From positions 99,572,001-99,636,000 of the forward strand of contig NC_043003.1 in assembly GCF_006345805.1 (NCBI RefSeq): a DNA stretch of 64,000 nucleotides, given 5' to 3'. Positions within the stretch are counted from its first letter, which is position 1. Each line of letters opens with the position of its first letter. The stretch comes from Octopus sinensis (lineage: Eukaryota). This document shows positions 26,318 to 39,391 of this stretch, piece after piece. The notes beneath the pieces are model-generated. The model made no database searches and was not told the DNA's origin. It worked only from the letters and a program-made list of their open reading frames with translations. A program made the position numbers and the translations under genes.

Positions 26318-27062
26318 TTCATTTATTGGCCACCAGGGCCGGCATATAGGGGACAATACAGTAGACATGAACAGTGGAGACTTTATACATAATAACGAGT
26401 GCACAAAACAATGATAATAATATCAAGAAAAAAGAATATAACAATGGAAGTTCTCCAATGGGGGTGGGTAACCACTTGGAGTTGGCTCAGCACCCCACCA
26501 ATCCTGAACCTATATGTACATTATTAGAGTAGGTCTATTCACACGGGCCATTTTCGTTACATTCACCCAGCTTTTAGAAAATGTACTGGGAGGCAACACT
26601 TCTCTCTCCACCCTCATCTTCCCTTCCAAGTGAAATTTGAAAAGGTTGATAAGGGATTGACCGAAGAGAAAAGTGTATGTCTTCAGTCCTTTCAACCTGG
26701 TCCACCATACAACCTCTTTAGCTACTGTTATCAGACAGAGGAAAATTGCCCGCACTTCCAGACCAATGGAAGGCGGCGGATCGATCTTCACTACGGACTC
26801 GGCCGATAGCCGGATCCATCCTACACTTGATGACAGCTGCTCAACCTAACTCCACAAGTCAGTAATGCAAGGACACTGGACGAGTGCGTGAACAACAGTT
26901 TTGCCGCTCTGCCCGCAATTCGGGCAGGTCCGTCTGACAGCACTTCCATGCCTGTAGAGTTTATCTCGAACCGGCAGTGTCCCCCCTGTAGTACAGCCAA
27001 GCTACTGATATCCGGAAGTTATCCATCGTCCCAGGCTCGAAAGACCTCCTGAACAGACTGGT
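26318..27062 (-). mobile_element. Tx1-like LINE 3' fragment (zf-RVT-like C-terminus and 3' UTR)
   Basis: RDKLYRHG..RTCPNCGQSGKTVVHALVQCP; FKFHLEGKMRVEREVL resembles 5590-5690; AATAAA then (ATT)n. Confidence 0.8.
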
Positions 27063-27206
27063 CAGTTCGATAAAAAAAAAATTTGTATTGTTGTTACTGG
27101 ATTAGCGAAACAATTATGAGAATGAAACCAAGAGATAAGCCCGCTTTCCCGGGAATTACCGGCCATGTCACCTGGTTTATGTATGTGTGTGTGTGTGTGT
27201 GGATAT

Positions 27207-27247
<41 letters not shown>

Positions 27248-27322
27248 TATATATATATCCACCTATATATATGTATATATATATATATATGAGTGTGTAT
27301 ATATATATATGTATATATATAT

Positions 27323-28752
27323 AATATGTTACATTACTCGTATAGTCAAGATAAAACTCTGAGTTTCTGATGCCGAAGTGGAAATCCACAACACCATCTC
27401 TTCGGTTATCTGGCTATTTGAAAACGTTATGAAAAAATACCGTTTAAAAATGAAGGGAAATTACTCTGTTATAACTCTGCTTTGCCTGTGTACTTATACA
27501 TCGCTCGCATTTTTCGTCATAAAAATTATATAAAAATACATAAAAATATATAAAAATATATAAAAATATATAAAATCTTCTTGGGACATTACACAGAAAG
27601 CATGTTCTATCCGTTTTCTTTAGGGGACCAAAACGTAACAGAAATTTAGTCACATGTGGGCATGATCCGAAAAGCTCTGTCCTTGTATTTAGACATGTGG
27701 TAGGGTCTGAGCTGTGCTTTTCCAGATAAGCCATCTCTCCATGTCGCATAAACCGCACCTTCCGCTGCCGTTGGTATAGGGCTTACATCTGGCCAAAATC
27801 TTCCATTGTATGTTATAATCGACACCTTTATCTCTTAAAGACCAAATATGATTGGATAATTGTGTCGCTTTTCTTTTGTTCCAGTGCCTAAAGCTCAAAG
27901 TGTGGTTATTGAACCTGGCCTTGAAATTACCCTCTGTCAGGCCCACGTATTTCTTCGTCGAAACGGTGTCTTTAGTGGTTATAGAGTTACGGTAGCTTCA
28001 TATATGATGGTCTTGGACATGCAAGCTCCATTTAGCGGGCACAATTCTTTATTCCTGCATGAACAGCTGTTTTCTTCTTGTGTTTTTTGTATGTTATGAT
28101 TGATTATGTTTTTAAAATTGGTAGTTGAACTAAAACTAATTTTTAAATTGTGTCTATTGAAGAGTTTCCTATAAGCATGGTTAACTGGAAAATGTCTATC
28201 TATCAGTGCTAGGAAATATTTACCTATATTGAAGGCCACCTCGGGTGAGTAAGGGGGGGGCGCGTAAACCAGATGACCTTCCTATTTCTATTATTCCTTT
28301 TCCTTATTGTTGGGCTGGTGATAGGTGTATATTTTATTTTTTCGCTAAAACCACTATCTTTTAAAGCTTTATTATAAACTGGGGCAACGCTATTGAAGAT
28401 GTCCTCATTAGATGAGAGGCTAGAAATCCTCTTACTAATATTTGTAACTAAATTTTTGAATACTATAGGGGGAGTTATATAGACTGAGTTATATTAATGT
28501 AGGTTCATGCCATCCCCCTATAGTATTCAAAAATTTAGTTAAAAATATTAGTAAGAGGATTTCTAGCCTCTCATCTAATGAAGACATCTTCAATAGCGTT
28601 GCCCCAGTTTATAATAAAGCTTTAAAAGATAGTGGTTTTAGCGAAAAAATAAAATATACACCTATCACCAGCCCAACAATAAGGAAAAGGAATAATAGAA
28701 ATAGGAAGGTCATTCCTTGTTTTATCTTGACTACCGAGTAATGTAACATATT
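27323..28752 (-). mobile_element. Penelope-like element, 5'-truncated, with inverted 5' segment and inverted terminal tail
   Basis: RT thumb (HPPIVFKN), RKVIW, NIGKYFL, CSC..CPLNGAC linker, GIY-YIG region (IYEATV...YVGLTEGNFKARFNNH), CGLC, terminal CPH. Confidence 0.9.
27349..27411 (-). ncRNA. Type I hammerhead at the PLE 3' end (U4C variant)
   Basis: Stem I AGATAA/TTATCT, core CCGAAGA, stem II GATG/CATC, GAAA, stem III ACTC-A-GAGT, GUU triplet. Confidence 0.7.
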
Positions 28753-28833
28753 GTATAGATAAATTTCCTCTATTTACATAATATTGAGGTCTCTTTCTTT
28801 CTTTTGTTATCTTACCGTTTTATCAATATATGT

Positions 28834-28864
<31 letters not shown>

Positions 28865-28866
28865 TA

Positions 28867-28935
<69 letters not shown>

Positions 28936-28984
28936 TATATATACGACAGTTTCCGAGTACGAAATCCACTCAAAATGCTATAAT

Positions 28985-29032
<48 letters not shown>

Positions 29033-29049
29033 TATATTTATATATATAT

Positions 29050-30145
29050 AACGGGAAGCTTTATGAAAATAAACAAAAGACGAAGGCAGGTGGAAAACAA
29101 ACGAACAATTGTATTAGTATGGCGCTCAGGAAATATAAATAAAACAAGTCTTTAACGTTTCGAGCCTACGCTCTTCAACAGAAAGATACACAGAGAGGAA
29201 AAACACAGAAAGAAGGAGAGAAAAAAAATGCGTGCAGTAGCTAACGAATCAACATGGCGATCTGATTTCGGCCAGAGGTCAAAGATCAAACATGAGACGC
29301 GAGAGCGAAATAAGGGGAGATAATAGGGTTGATAAAAGGGTTGAGGGACCGCTAAAAGTGCGTGGGAGGGGTCTGGATGTGTGTATGTATAGGGTCGGTG
29401 TATGTATTAGTATGTATAAGGGTGTGTGTGTGTGTGTGTGTATGAGAGAGTATTAGTGCGTAGATTGGTCTGGACATGCGTATGTATGGGGTTGGTGTAT
29501 GTATTAGTATGTATTAGTACGTATTGGTATGTATAGGTATGTGTGTGTGGTGTGAGAGAGTATAAGTGCGTATGCGGGGTCTGGACGTGTGTATGTATAG
29601 GGTTGGTGTAAGTATTAGTATGTACTAGTATGTATTAGTACGTATTAGTATGTATTAGTTGGTTGTGTGTATTAGTATGGCAACATCATATGTGATGTGT
29701 AAAGTCATGTGGTGTAGTGAGGAGAAGAGGGGGGGGGGGGGAGGAGGGAGAAGAGGGGGAGGGGGAGAAGAGGGGGGAGAGAAGGGGAGGGGAAGAAGAG
29801 GGGGAGGAGAAGGGGGAAGAGGAGAGATGGGGGAGAAGGAAAGGGAGGAGGGGGATATGAAGGAGGAAGAGGGAGAGGGGGAGAGAGGGAGTGAGGGAGC
29901 AGAGGGAAGGGGAAGAGGGAGGGGAGAAAGAGGGAAGAAGGGAAGGGGAGTAGGGTGAAAGGATGAAGGACTGAGAAGTAGGGGTGGGGGGAGAAAGGAT
30001 AGGTGAGGAGGGGGAGAGGGGGGTTAGATGAGGAGGGGGGGAGAGTTGAGACCAAATGGCGTATAAGAGCGAAGAGAGAAGATTAATTCCTGTTCACGGC
30101 GCAAACGGGAATCCGGATGGCCTCTGTGTAAGGACAAACCGAACA
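29050..30145 (-). mobile_element. Penelope-like element 3' fragment: ORF end, long 3' UTR and terminal repeat
   Basis: Minus 30140-30045 reads [25 protein letters not shown] (GIY-YIG C-terminus pattern); HHR-like motif near the end. Confidence 0.75.
29149..29186 (-). ncRNA. Minimal hammerhead-like motif (A6U variant)
   Basis: Stem I TCTTT/AAAGA, CTGTTGA, GAGC-GTAG-GCTC hairpin, GAAA, palindromic AACGTT. Confidence 0.6.
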
Positions 30146-30146
30146 C

Positions 30147-30196
<50 letters not shown>

Positions 30197-30301
30197 ATTA
30201 TAGCATTTTGAGTGGATTTCGTACTCGGAAACTGTCATATATATATATTATATATACATGTACATATACATATACGTATATATATATAAATACACATAGT
30301 C

Positions 30302-30387
<86 letters not shown>

Positions 30388-30469
30388 CTTTACACGTACA
30401 CATATTTATGTGTATGCCCTTATATATATCAATATATATAAATATATACACATAGTGTATATTTGTGTA

Positions 30470-30675
30470 AGTCTGTGCCTGTGTCTTCTGTTTGTACCCC
30501 CACCATTGCTTGACAACTGATGTTGCTGTGTTTACATTCCCGTAACTTAGCGGTTTGGTAAAAGACACTGACAGAATGAGTACTAGGCTTACAAAGAATA
30601 AATCCTGTCGTTGATTTCTTCGACCAACAGCGGTGCTCCAGCATGGCCGCAGTCACATGAATGAAACAAGTAAAG
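30470..30675 (+). mobile_element. SINE family A 3' half
   Basis: GCTTGACAAC...CCCGTAACTTAGCGG...GGCGGTGCTCCAGCATGGCCGCAG tail. Confidence 0.8.
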
Positions 30676-30730
30676 CAATAAAAATCTGTGCATTTTAATC
30701 CCGAGCAAGGCCGGGTATCTCTGATCTGAA

Positions 30731-30965
30731 GGCGGTGAACTGGCAGAACCATTAGCACGCCGGGCGAAATGCGTCGCCGTATTTCGTCCACCGTTACGTT
30801 CTGAGTTCAAATTCCGCCGAGGTCGACTTTGCCTTTCATCCTTTCTGGGTCGATAAATAAAGTACCAGTTACGCCCGCCCTGGGGGTCGATGTAATCGAC
30901 TTAATCCCTTTGTCTGTCCTTGTTTGTCCCCTCTATGTTTAGCCCTTTGTCGGCAGTAAAGAAAT
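30731..30965 (+). mobile_element. tRNA-derived SINE family B, full length
   Basis: GGCGGTGAACTGGCAGAA (A box), GAGTTCAAATTCC (B box), tail ending GTAAAGAAATA. Confidence 0.88.
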
Positions 30966-32201
30966 ATATATATACTATTGTGTCTGAGGAGAGTCATTCT
31001 CTTTTAGTGCCTTATTAAACACACTCACCAGCTTACCGGTTCGATTCCCACTCATTTGCTTATTTAATTTTTCTAGTCGTTGACTCTGTCCGTTATCGGG
31101 ACTGGGTTCTTTTTGTTTGTTTGGTTGTGCGCATGTGTGTGCGTCAGTGTACATGTGTATACACATATGAATGTATGTATGCATGTTTGTTTGTATGTGT
31201 GTGTATCCATGTATGTGTATGCATATATATATATATATATGCGTGTGTGCACGTTTGTATGCATGTGCGTATTTATTCAGCATATTGATGTGTTCATGTT
31301 TGTGTGTTTGTATGTGTGCGCGTGTGTACTTGTGTGTGTGCCTCTGCCTCCTTGTATGTGCATGTTTGAATGTGTCTATTTGTATGAGTTTGGGTCACTA
31401 TATATGTGTGCCTGTTATGTTGGGATGTGTCTCCAAATGCATCCTTGTGTGTGTGCGTGAGGTGTGCGTGTGTGTATATGGTCATGTGTTTCAATCTTCA
31501 TTCGTGTGTGTATGTGTGTATGTGTGTGTGTTTGTCTGTCCGTATTACCTATGTACCTATCTATCTGTTTATCTGTTTACTTACATAAATAGATATGTAA
31601 GACTTAAAGACTCAGAAGACTTGAAATGTTAGAGAATTTTACCTGGAATGGTAAATACTTTGAAGTGATATGAGTGACGAAAAGTAGGTTAGTGGAATAA
31701 ATGTAAGAACAAAAGACAGCCAGGTGATATTCTGGGGGATTGTGGTAGCTATTGTTTGACTACTGGAAGATGGAATTTTTGTCGACTGCTGTATTAATTG
31801 ATGGAAATATATTGTGTACAATTGCAGTGCGTGTGTGTATGTGTATGTGTGTGTGTGTGTGTGTGTACGTGTGTGAACGTGTGTGCGAGCCGGTACGTTT
31901 TAATGAATACACGTATGATTGGAGGATTATATATAGATTTACATGCACACACATACATATGCGTATATATATATAAATACACATAGTCATGTATGTATGT
32001 ATGTATGTATGTATGTATGTATGTATGTATGTATGTATGTATATATATACACACATATATATATATATTTTATGTGTATATATATATATATCTGTACACG
32101 TACACATATATATGTGTATGCCCTTATATATATCAATATATATAAATGTGTTGCGTGTGTATGTGTCTATGTATATACGTACATGTATACATGTATGCAT
32201 A

Positions 32202-32235
<34 letters not shown>

Positions 32236-32259
32236 TCGTGTGTGTGTGTGTGTGTGCGT

Positions 32260-32292
<33 letters not shown>

Positions 32293-32726
32293 TGTGCTCG
32301 AAACGTTTTCACATTCATGTAAAATACGATAAAAAGCGCTGTGTGTCTCCAGGGAGAAAGAATTTTTCAACAAAAATAAACACCAAACCTTCATTGTAAT
32401 CTTTCTGAATAGAAATCATTGATAAAGACGATTCAGATTCAGTTCAGTTACAAGGAGGACACTTAAGAAAAAAAAGAGAGAGATGATTGTAGCATAGATA
32501 GATAAAGTGTGAGTAGATGAAGAGTGTTGGAGAGGGAAGGAGAAAGAGGAGAGAGAAAGGAGTGAGAGGGGGAGAAGGGGAGAGAGAGAGATTAAATTAT
32601 GGAGATGAGAGAGATACTGTTTTAAATTGGATGATACACAGATTAAGGAACAGCAAAAGGTAGGGAGAGGGGGAGTGTGTAAGGTAAAATTACGTGTCAA
32701 AAGCGTGATAGGTAGATAGATAGATA

Positions 32727-32757
<31 letters not shown>

Positions 32758-32851
32758 GCATAGTGAAAGACAGACGGAAATTTAGAGAGAAGAGAAACTG
32801 AGAATTGTCGTTCGAGAGAGACTGTGTGGCTGTGGTATACACACACACACG

Positions 32852-32884
<33 letters not shown>

Positions 32885-32891
<7 letters not shown>

Positions 32892-33900
32892 TTTGCTTGT
32901 CTTGTTCCTTGGTTTGTGTCTATGTTTTTCGTCTTCCTATGTGTTCGACGTCTTTTTGGTGTCCTGTTCACATATATGCGTGTATATGTACATGTAGAGG
33001 TAGGTACGTACATATATGTTTATATATATGCATATGTTCTATTTTTTTAACATATTATACGATTAAACGCAGCACCCTATTAAGTAAGATTGTTCTGTTT
33101 ATCAAGTTAGCTTGATATTAACTCGACGCGACTCTGCATCTTTCTTTCTTTCTCTCCCATTCCCTTTTTCGTCTTTTTTCCCTCACTTAATTGTCTCTTC
33201 CTCTCTCTCTCATTCTTCATTCTCTCTTTCCCTTTCACCATTCTTCATGGTCTCCTCGCACCATTCCCTTCTTCTCTCTCTCCTCTTGCTCTCTTGCTCT
33301 CCCCCATTCCCGTCGTCCATCTGCGACGATACTTCCGTCGTAACTGCTAGCCTGTCTTTTCTCGCCGCCTTCTAAGGCTACTGGTCGACACATTTTCTCT
33401 CCTCGTCGTCCACTATAATCCAGCGTTTGCAATACTTTTTTCGTCTGGCGTTAACAGCCCTTCTTATCTTGTTCTCCTTGTCTGTCTCTCACTGTTATAT
33501 TTATTTTTCCACTGTTTATATATATATTTTTTACTGTTTATATGTTTGTACTGTCGTTACCGTCTTGCTTTTTTTACCCCTCTGCGAAAAGATCTCAGAA
33601 TTTTAATTGATTTGCTTTTCGCAGGAAGGAAGTTTTCTTCGAAGTATACGTCTCGCTTTTATCCTTCGAAACGTTTAGTAGATGAAACCTTAGCGACTGA
33701 AGAAGGGGATTTTTCGTTGTGCTTATTGTCCTGTATGTCTTTTTTGCTTGTCTTGTTCCTTGGTTGGTGTCTATTGTTTTTCGTCTCTCTATGTGTTCGA
33801 CGTTTTTGGTGTCCTGTACACATATATGCGTGTATATGTACATGTAGAGGTAGGTACGTACATATATGTTTATATATATGCATATGTTCTATTTTATTAA
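32885..33900 (+). repeat. Family Y copy with a partial tandem duplication (32885-33060 similar to 33740-33900), directly upstream of the PLE ORF
   Basis: Direct repeat visible; homology to 37862-38300 and 50080-50545. Confidence 0.75.
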
Positions 33901-33908
33901 CACATATA

Positions 33909-33941
<33 letters not shown>

Positions 33942-33949
33942 CAAGAAAA

Positions 33950-36770
33950 ATAACAAGAAATAACAAACAAAAAACGAACAACATACAAACCACCCCCAAT
34001 TTCAACCACTTAATCAACAACAACCCTCCTCATTATCCTCCATACACTAGAAACAGAAATCACCCACAACCAACATTTTTCAACCACGCAAGACTTAACA
34101 GGGAACAAGCTGACAGACAACGCATTTATGAAATAGATTACACCAAGAACAGAACACGCCAACAACATCCCAATACCAGGCCTAACCACCCCATAACAGC
34201 ACAAAATAACACTAGAATAAGAAACACAACACACACAAATCACTACTACCCCATGACCCAGAATTACTGGTCCCCACCGAACACAAGACAAACACAAAAT
34301 AACACTAAGTCAAGCAACATCCCACATACAAGCAATTCGAAACAAAAATATATCACATACAGAAATTTTACACACATCACAAACGGAAACACCCATAGAT
34401 ACCCACACACACATAACAATCTGAGGCAACAATACCACCGTTCCCCCGAACCAATCTGCCACAATCTCACAGACAACTCATACAAACAAAATTGCACCCA
34501 ACATTTTTTAGCCCCAGACCATAGACACCAGGACACAGGCTGGAACCTAGTAATAAGGAAAGACCGAAGATAATCAACCTTTCAACCAAACCTCTCTCTA
34601 ACATAAAAATTGACATCCTCTCAAAAGGGCTCAAATTTACACCAACTCCACGCAGAGCCAACCAAAATGAAGTCAAGGACAATATAACAGAATTCTGCAG
34701 AAAATTAAGACTAGCAGAAGCATCGACCAGTTTCAATACTGAAGATGACTCACTAGTCAAAAACAAAAGTGAACACATCCCCCACAGAGGAAGAAATAAA
34801 GATCTTGACGAGTTCTGCAGCCACATTGAGAACTTTCCCTACCATACTATGCATAAACAGACAGTTAACTCAAATTTTAGCACTGCACAATGGAAGGAAC
34901 TAATAGAACTTCAAAATGATGAAGATATAACCATTAAGGAAGCAGACAAAGGAAGTGCAGTTGTAATAATGGATACATTATACTATAGAAATCTTGTAAT
35001 TTCCTTGCTTGATGACAATCAACATTATGAAAAAATCACCAACTACACCCCGCAAAAAATAATGTCCTCACTAATTAAAACCCATGGAAAGGAACTGACA
35101 ACCAAAGAGATTGACTTTCTAACAAACTTTAAATGCAAACCTAGCCTCTTCTATGGTCTGCCAAAAATACACAAAAGCCAAATTATAAATGAAACCATTA
35201 AAAAATCACCAAAGACATACATACACACACCTAACCCGGGGGACCTAAAACTACGACCCATTGTAGCTGGCCCAGCCTGTGAAACACACAGATTAAGTTT
35301 ATTTATGGACATCCTCCTGAAACCCTTCCTTAAACACATCGATAGTCATATCAGAGATGACTTGGATATGTTAAACCACCTTCCAAAAAAAGTCAAGGAA
35401 GAAACAATCATGCTTTCATTTGATGTAGTTCATTTATATACCAGTATACCTCATAATTATGGACTAGAGGCAATACAGTTCTGGCTGGACCAATTTCCAG
35501 AAGAAATACCAAAAAGGATCAGTAAAGAATTCATTACTAAATCGGTTGAATTCATCCTACAAAATAACCACTTCATGTTTGACAATACGTTTTACCGTCA
35601 AAAAATCCGGAATTGCTATGGGTACAAGGGCAGCACCAGTCATTGCGAACCTAACAATGGGCTACCTGGAAAAATTATATACCAGGAATCTTTATCGACC
35701 TTTGGAAACCCCCTTTCTCAATACATAAAAGAGAATTGGAAAAGATTCCTGGACGACTGTTTTATACTCTGGAATGAAAACACAGATAAACTCCTAAAAT
35801 TCAAAAACCTATTGAACAGCATCAACCCAAACATACAGTTCATAATGGAGTATAACCAAAAGGAGCTTCCATTCTTAGATATACTAATTAAAAAAATAAA
35901 CCTAAAAATAGAAATGGTCATATTTTACAAAGCCACAGACGCCAAACAATACCTACTTTTTGATTCATGCCACCCAAGACACACTAAAAGAAACATCCCT
36001 TTCAACCTTGCAAGAAGGATATGCACAATAGTGTCAGAACAAAATACCAAGAACTTTAGACTACAAGAACTCAAAAACACCCTAATTGACAGACACTACC
36101 GAGTTCAACTTATAAAGGATGGGATCAGACGTGCAACAGAAATCGACATAGAAACTTTGAGAAAAGTTCAACACAACAACACACCTTCCCCGAAAATACT
36201 GCCTTACATATCCATATACAACTCCAGGAACAAAGAAGCCTTCACCATCATCACCTAGAATTTACCAATACTTCATAAGGACCCCAAATTAAAGGAAATT
36301 CTAAACATACATAAAATCATTAAAAGCTACAAACAACCCAAATCACTTAAAAAGATTCTCACAAAGGCAAAATTGTTTTCTGAAATTACGGATGCAAAAG
36401 TAAAAAAATGTGGTAGACCAAACTGCGCAACATGCCAAAACCTTCTAGAGGATCAGAATTCCTTTTCAAAGAGGGACAAAATTCAAGATCAGATCTAATT
36501 TTACTTGTGCTTCTGAAAACATAATTTATGTTATAAGATGCTCGGACTGCCAGACGTAGGGTCCAGACATCTGCATCGACAACAGATTACATTCCCAGAA
36601 TACAGAATGATACCCTTTAGTGAACATATTGAGAAATGCGCAAAGCAACTACTACCACAATTTTTAATCTTTCCATTCTATTAACGTGCTATTGGAACAC
36701 CAACACAAATTAGATTAAACAAGGAAACATTCTTCATTGAAAAATATAAGCCTGAACTTAACCACGCTAA
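33950..36770 (+). mobile_element. Near full-length Penelope-like element (RT + Cys linker + GIY-YIG), frameshifted
   Basis: LSKGLKFTPTP, IKEADKGSAVVIMD, LPKIHK, LRPIV, SFDVVHLYTSIP, GIAMGT, RFLDD, CGRPNCATC, IYVIRC, ending KETFFIEKYKPELNHA*. Confidence 0.92.
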
Positions 36771-37161
36771 CATTCTTATACAGAGAAACTCATCTCATTA
36801 AAAAAGGGGAAAAGAAATATAAAGCGATTATCTCCTTTATACCGGAAGAAATCCCTTATTACCTCCCCCTGCCTGGAACTCTTCTTTGCACTTCATAACG
36901 AAGACATGACACGATGTAGGTAAAGACATTTGAGAAATTTGAAAAGTTTACACGAAACCGGTTATTTCTCCAAAAACTATGTTACTATACCCAAAATTTT
37001 ATAACATTTTTCTAACATAACGACTTAAATATATTCTTTAACCTTATAAAACAAGCCTTCTGTAGTTTTTTCCACTCTTTTCTATTTTTTATACATCCAA
37101 CCACGTGCTTTCACACACCAACTTTCTCACCTACATATATTATATATATATATAAATATAT

Positions 37162-37250
<89 letters not shown>

Positions 37251-37372
37251 GAAATGAGGTACTTAGAAAATCGGATGGTTTATATTTACAGATATTTATT
37301 TGTATATTACATTTTTTATATATATCATATAACTCAGATCATTTCTCCCATTCTAGTGGGGTTTTCAAATCA

Positions 37373-37443
<71 letters not shown>

Positions 37444-37721
37444 CACGCACACACATTTGTATGTGTGTGTATACATATGCGTGTGTGTGTGCCTGTATAT
37501 ATGTATGTATGTATGTACACACACACACACATGCATATATCTTTGCGTGTGTATATGTATATGTGTATGTAGGTATGTACACCGTCATCGTAGGTGTATA
37601 AAAAGATGCTGATTTACAAGGAATCCCTCTTAACTCAAACAAGTTAAACCTTTTTATTTCTGAGAATCTTCCCAAATCAATAATAATTGGCGAAGGAAAT
37701 ATCAGAAAATTGTATTTGTCG

Positions 37722-37789
<68 letters not shown>

Positions 37790-37861
37790 GGAGTGTGTAG
37801 AAGTGTGTGTCTATGCATATCAGCAATTAATGTGTGTGTGTGTGCACGTGTATATATATAT

Positions 37862-39075
37862 ATAATAACAATTTAATAAATAAAACATATGCATACATAC
37901 ATACATATATGTACATACCTACATCTATATGTATATATACATGCATATATGAGTACAGGACACCACAAATAAACGTAGAACACAACGAGAAACGAAAACA
38001 TAAAATCAAACAAGGAAACGGACTTTTCTTTTAACAACGAAAAACCAGAGTACATGACAAACAATACAAGGAATATTCCCCTTCATCAGCTGCCCCTGCA
38101 TCGACTCAATGCATGTTTCGAAGGTAAGGACAGAACACGATCCGGCCGAAGCAATCCTTCCTGCAAAATGAATTAAATAAAATTCTTTTGCAGAGGGGTA
38201 AAAAAAGTGACAAGAACAGGACGTAAAAGCAATACAAATGATGAAAAAAACAGTACACATAAAGAATAAAAACAGGACGAGGAAACCAACAATAAAGGCT
38301 TTTTTTAAGCCTAGACGGTGGAAAAATTCGTTAGAACGCTTTCTGAAGATCGGCTTGCGGAAGACAGAAGAAAGTCGATGTTGACTTGTTGAAAGCAGCG
38401 GGCAGAAAGAAAGTTAGCAGTCCGGTCAGCGGCCAGAGAGAGGAGGAGTGAGAGATAGATAAATAGAGAGAGAGAGAGAGAGAGGAAAAGAAACCAGAAA
38501 GGGGGAAAATAATAAGGAGAGAGACAGGTAGAGAGGAAGACAGACAGGCAGGGAGGAAAGGTCAAAAGTCCGTTTCCTTGTTTGATTTTATGTTTTCGTT
38601 TCTCGTTGTGTAAAGTATACTAGCCATCTCAATATGGCTAACCACAAAGGGTGGGTGTTACTGTAGCTTTTAGCCCCAGGAGATCATCGTCTCCAGCTGG
38701 CTTTAGGCACACTTTCTATGCCCTTATGGTATTTGCAAAGGGAGGCCATCCCTTTCTCGTAAGCCTAAGTGATACGCACCGGACCGCGGTTTCGAGATAG
38801 TTGCCTCTTGTCAACGGGCGGTAATCACCGGTTTACGATGAAAAGGAAGACCTGTGTGCAAATACTTAAGTGTTTTTCAAGTAACTTCCGTCACTGATTT
38901 CGAAAAACTGTCTGCAAGCAATTTTTGGCGTCCTGTACTCATATATGTATGTATATATACATATAGATGTAGGTATGTACATATATGTATGTATGTATGC
39001 ATATGTTTTATTTATTAAATTGTTATTATATGATTGAACGCCACGCGTCGTTTTCTTATTCTCCAAGTAAGTTTT
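37862..39075 (-). mobile_element. Family Y element with an inverted terminal copy (38565-39035) that is interrupted by family X
   Basis: 37862-38030 reverse-complements 38565-38610 plus 38925-39035. Confidence 0.7.
38612..38870 (+). repeat. Repeat family X copy
   Basis: Homology to 2146-2280 and 6021-6352. Confidence 0.7.
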
Positions 39076-39078
39076 TAT

Positions 39079-39128
<50 letters not shown>

Positions 39129-39142
39129 CTGTATGTATATAT

Positions 39143-39177
<35 letters not shown>

Positions 39178-39180
39178 TTA

Positions 39181-39213
<33 letters not shown>

Positions 39214-39289
39214 AACAAGGTGGAAAAAAGAGTACTCAAATACCAGTGGTAGAGTAATATGCTTTATTTTAAGCAGCAGAAAATTCAAC

Positions 39290-39337
39290 AAAATCTGTTA
39301 CTCTGAGTTTCTCGTTGCCGTTCATCAGACAGTTTTT
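39290..39337 (-). ncRNA. Mirror copy of the same hammerhead on the minus strand
   Basis: Follows from the perfect palindrome. Confidence 0.8.
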
Positions 39338-39343
39338 GCTAGC

Positions 39344-39391
39344 AAAAACTGTCTGATGAACGGCAACGAGAAACTCAGAGTAACAGATTTT
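39344..39391 (+). ncRNA. Minimal type I hammerhead ribozyme
   Basis: Stem I AAAAACTGT/ACAGATTTT, CTGATGA, CG-GCAA-CG stem II, GAAA, ACTC-A-GAGT, GUA triplet (predicted cut after 39382). Confidence 0.8.

Noticed and set aside
27560-36770. Selenoprotein-encoding (Naiad-type) PLE
   Set aside because: The Cys positions I could read in both PLE linkers and ends are TGT/TGC, not in-frame TGA.
38335-38400. CTGAAGA...GAAAGTCG possible hammerhead
   Set aside because: Stem I only pairs if position 17 is G or with a 4-nt offset; stem II is poor.
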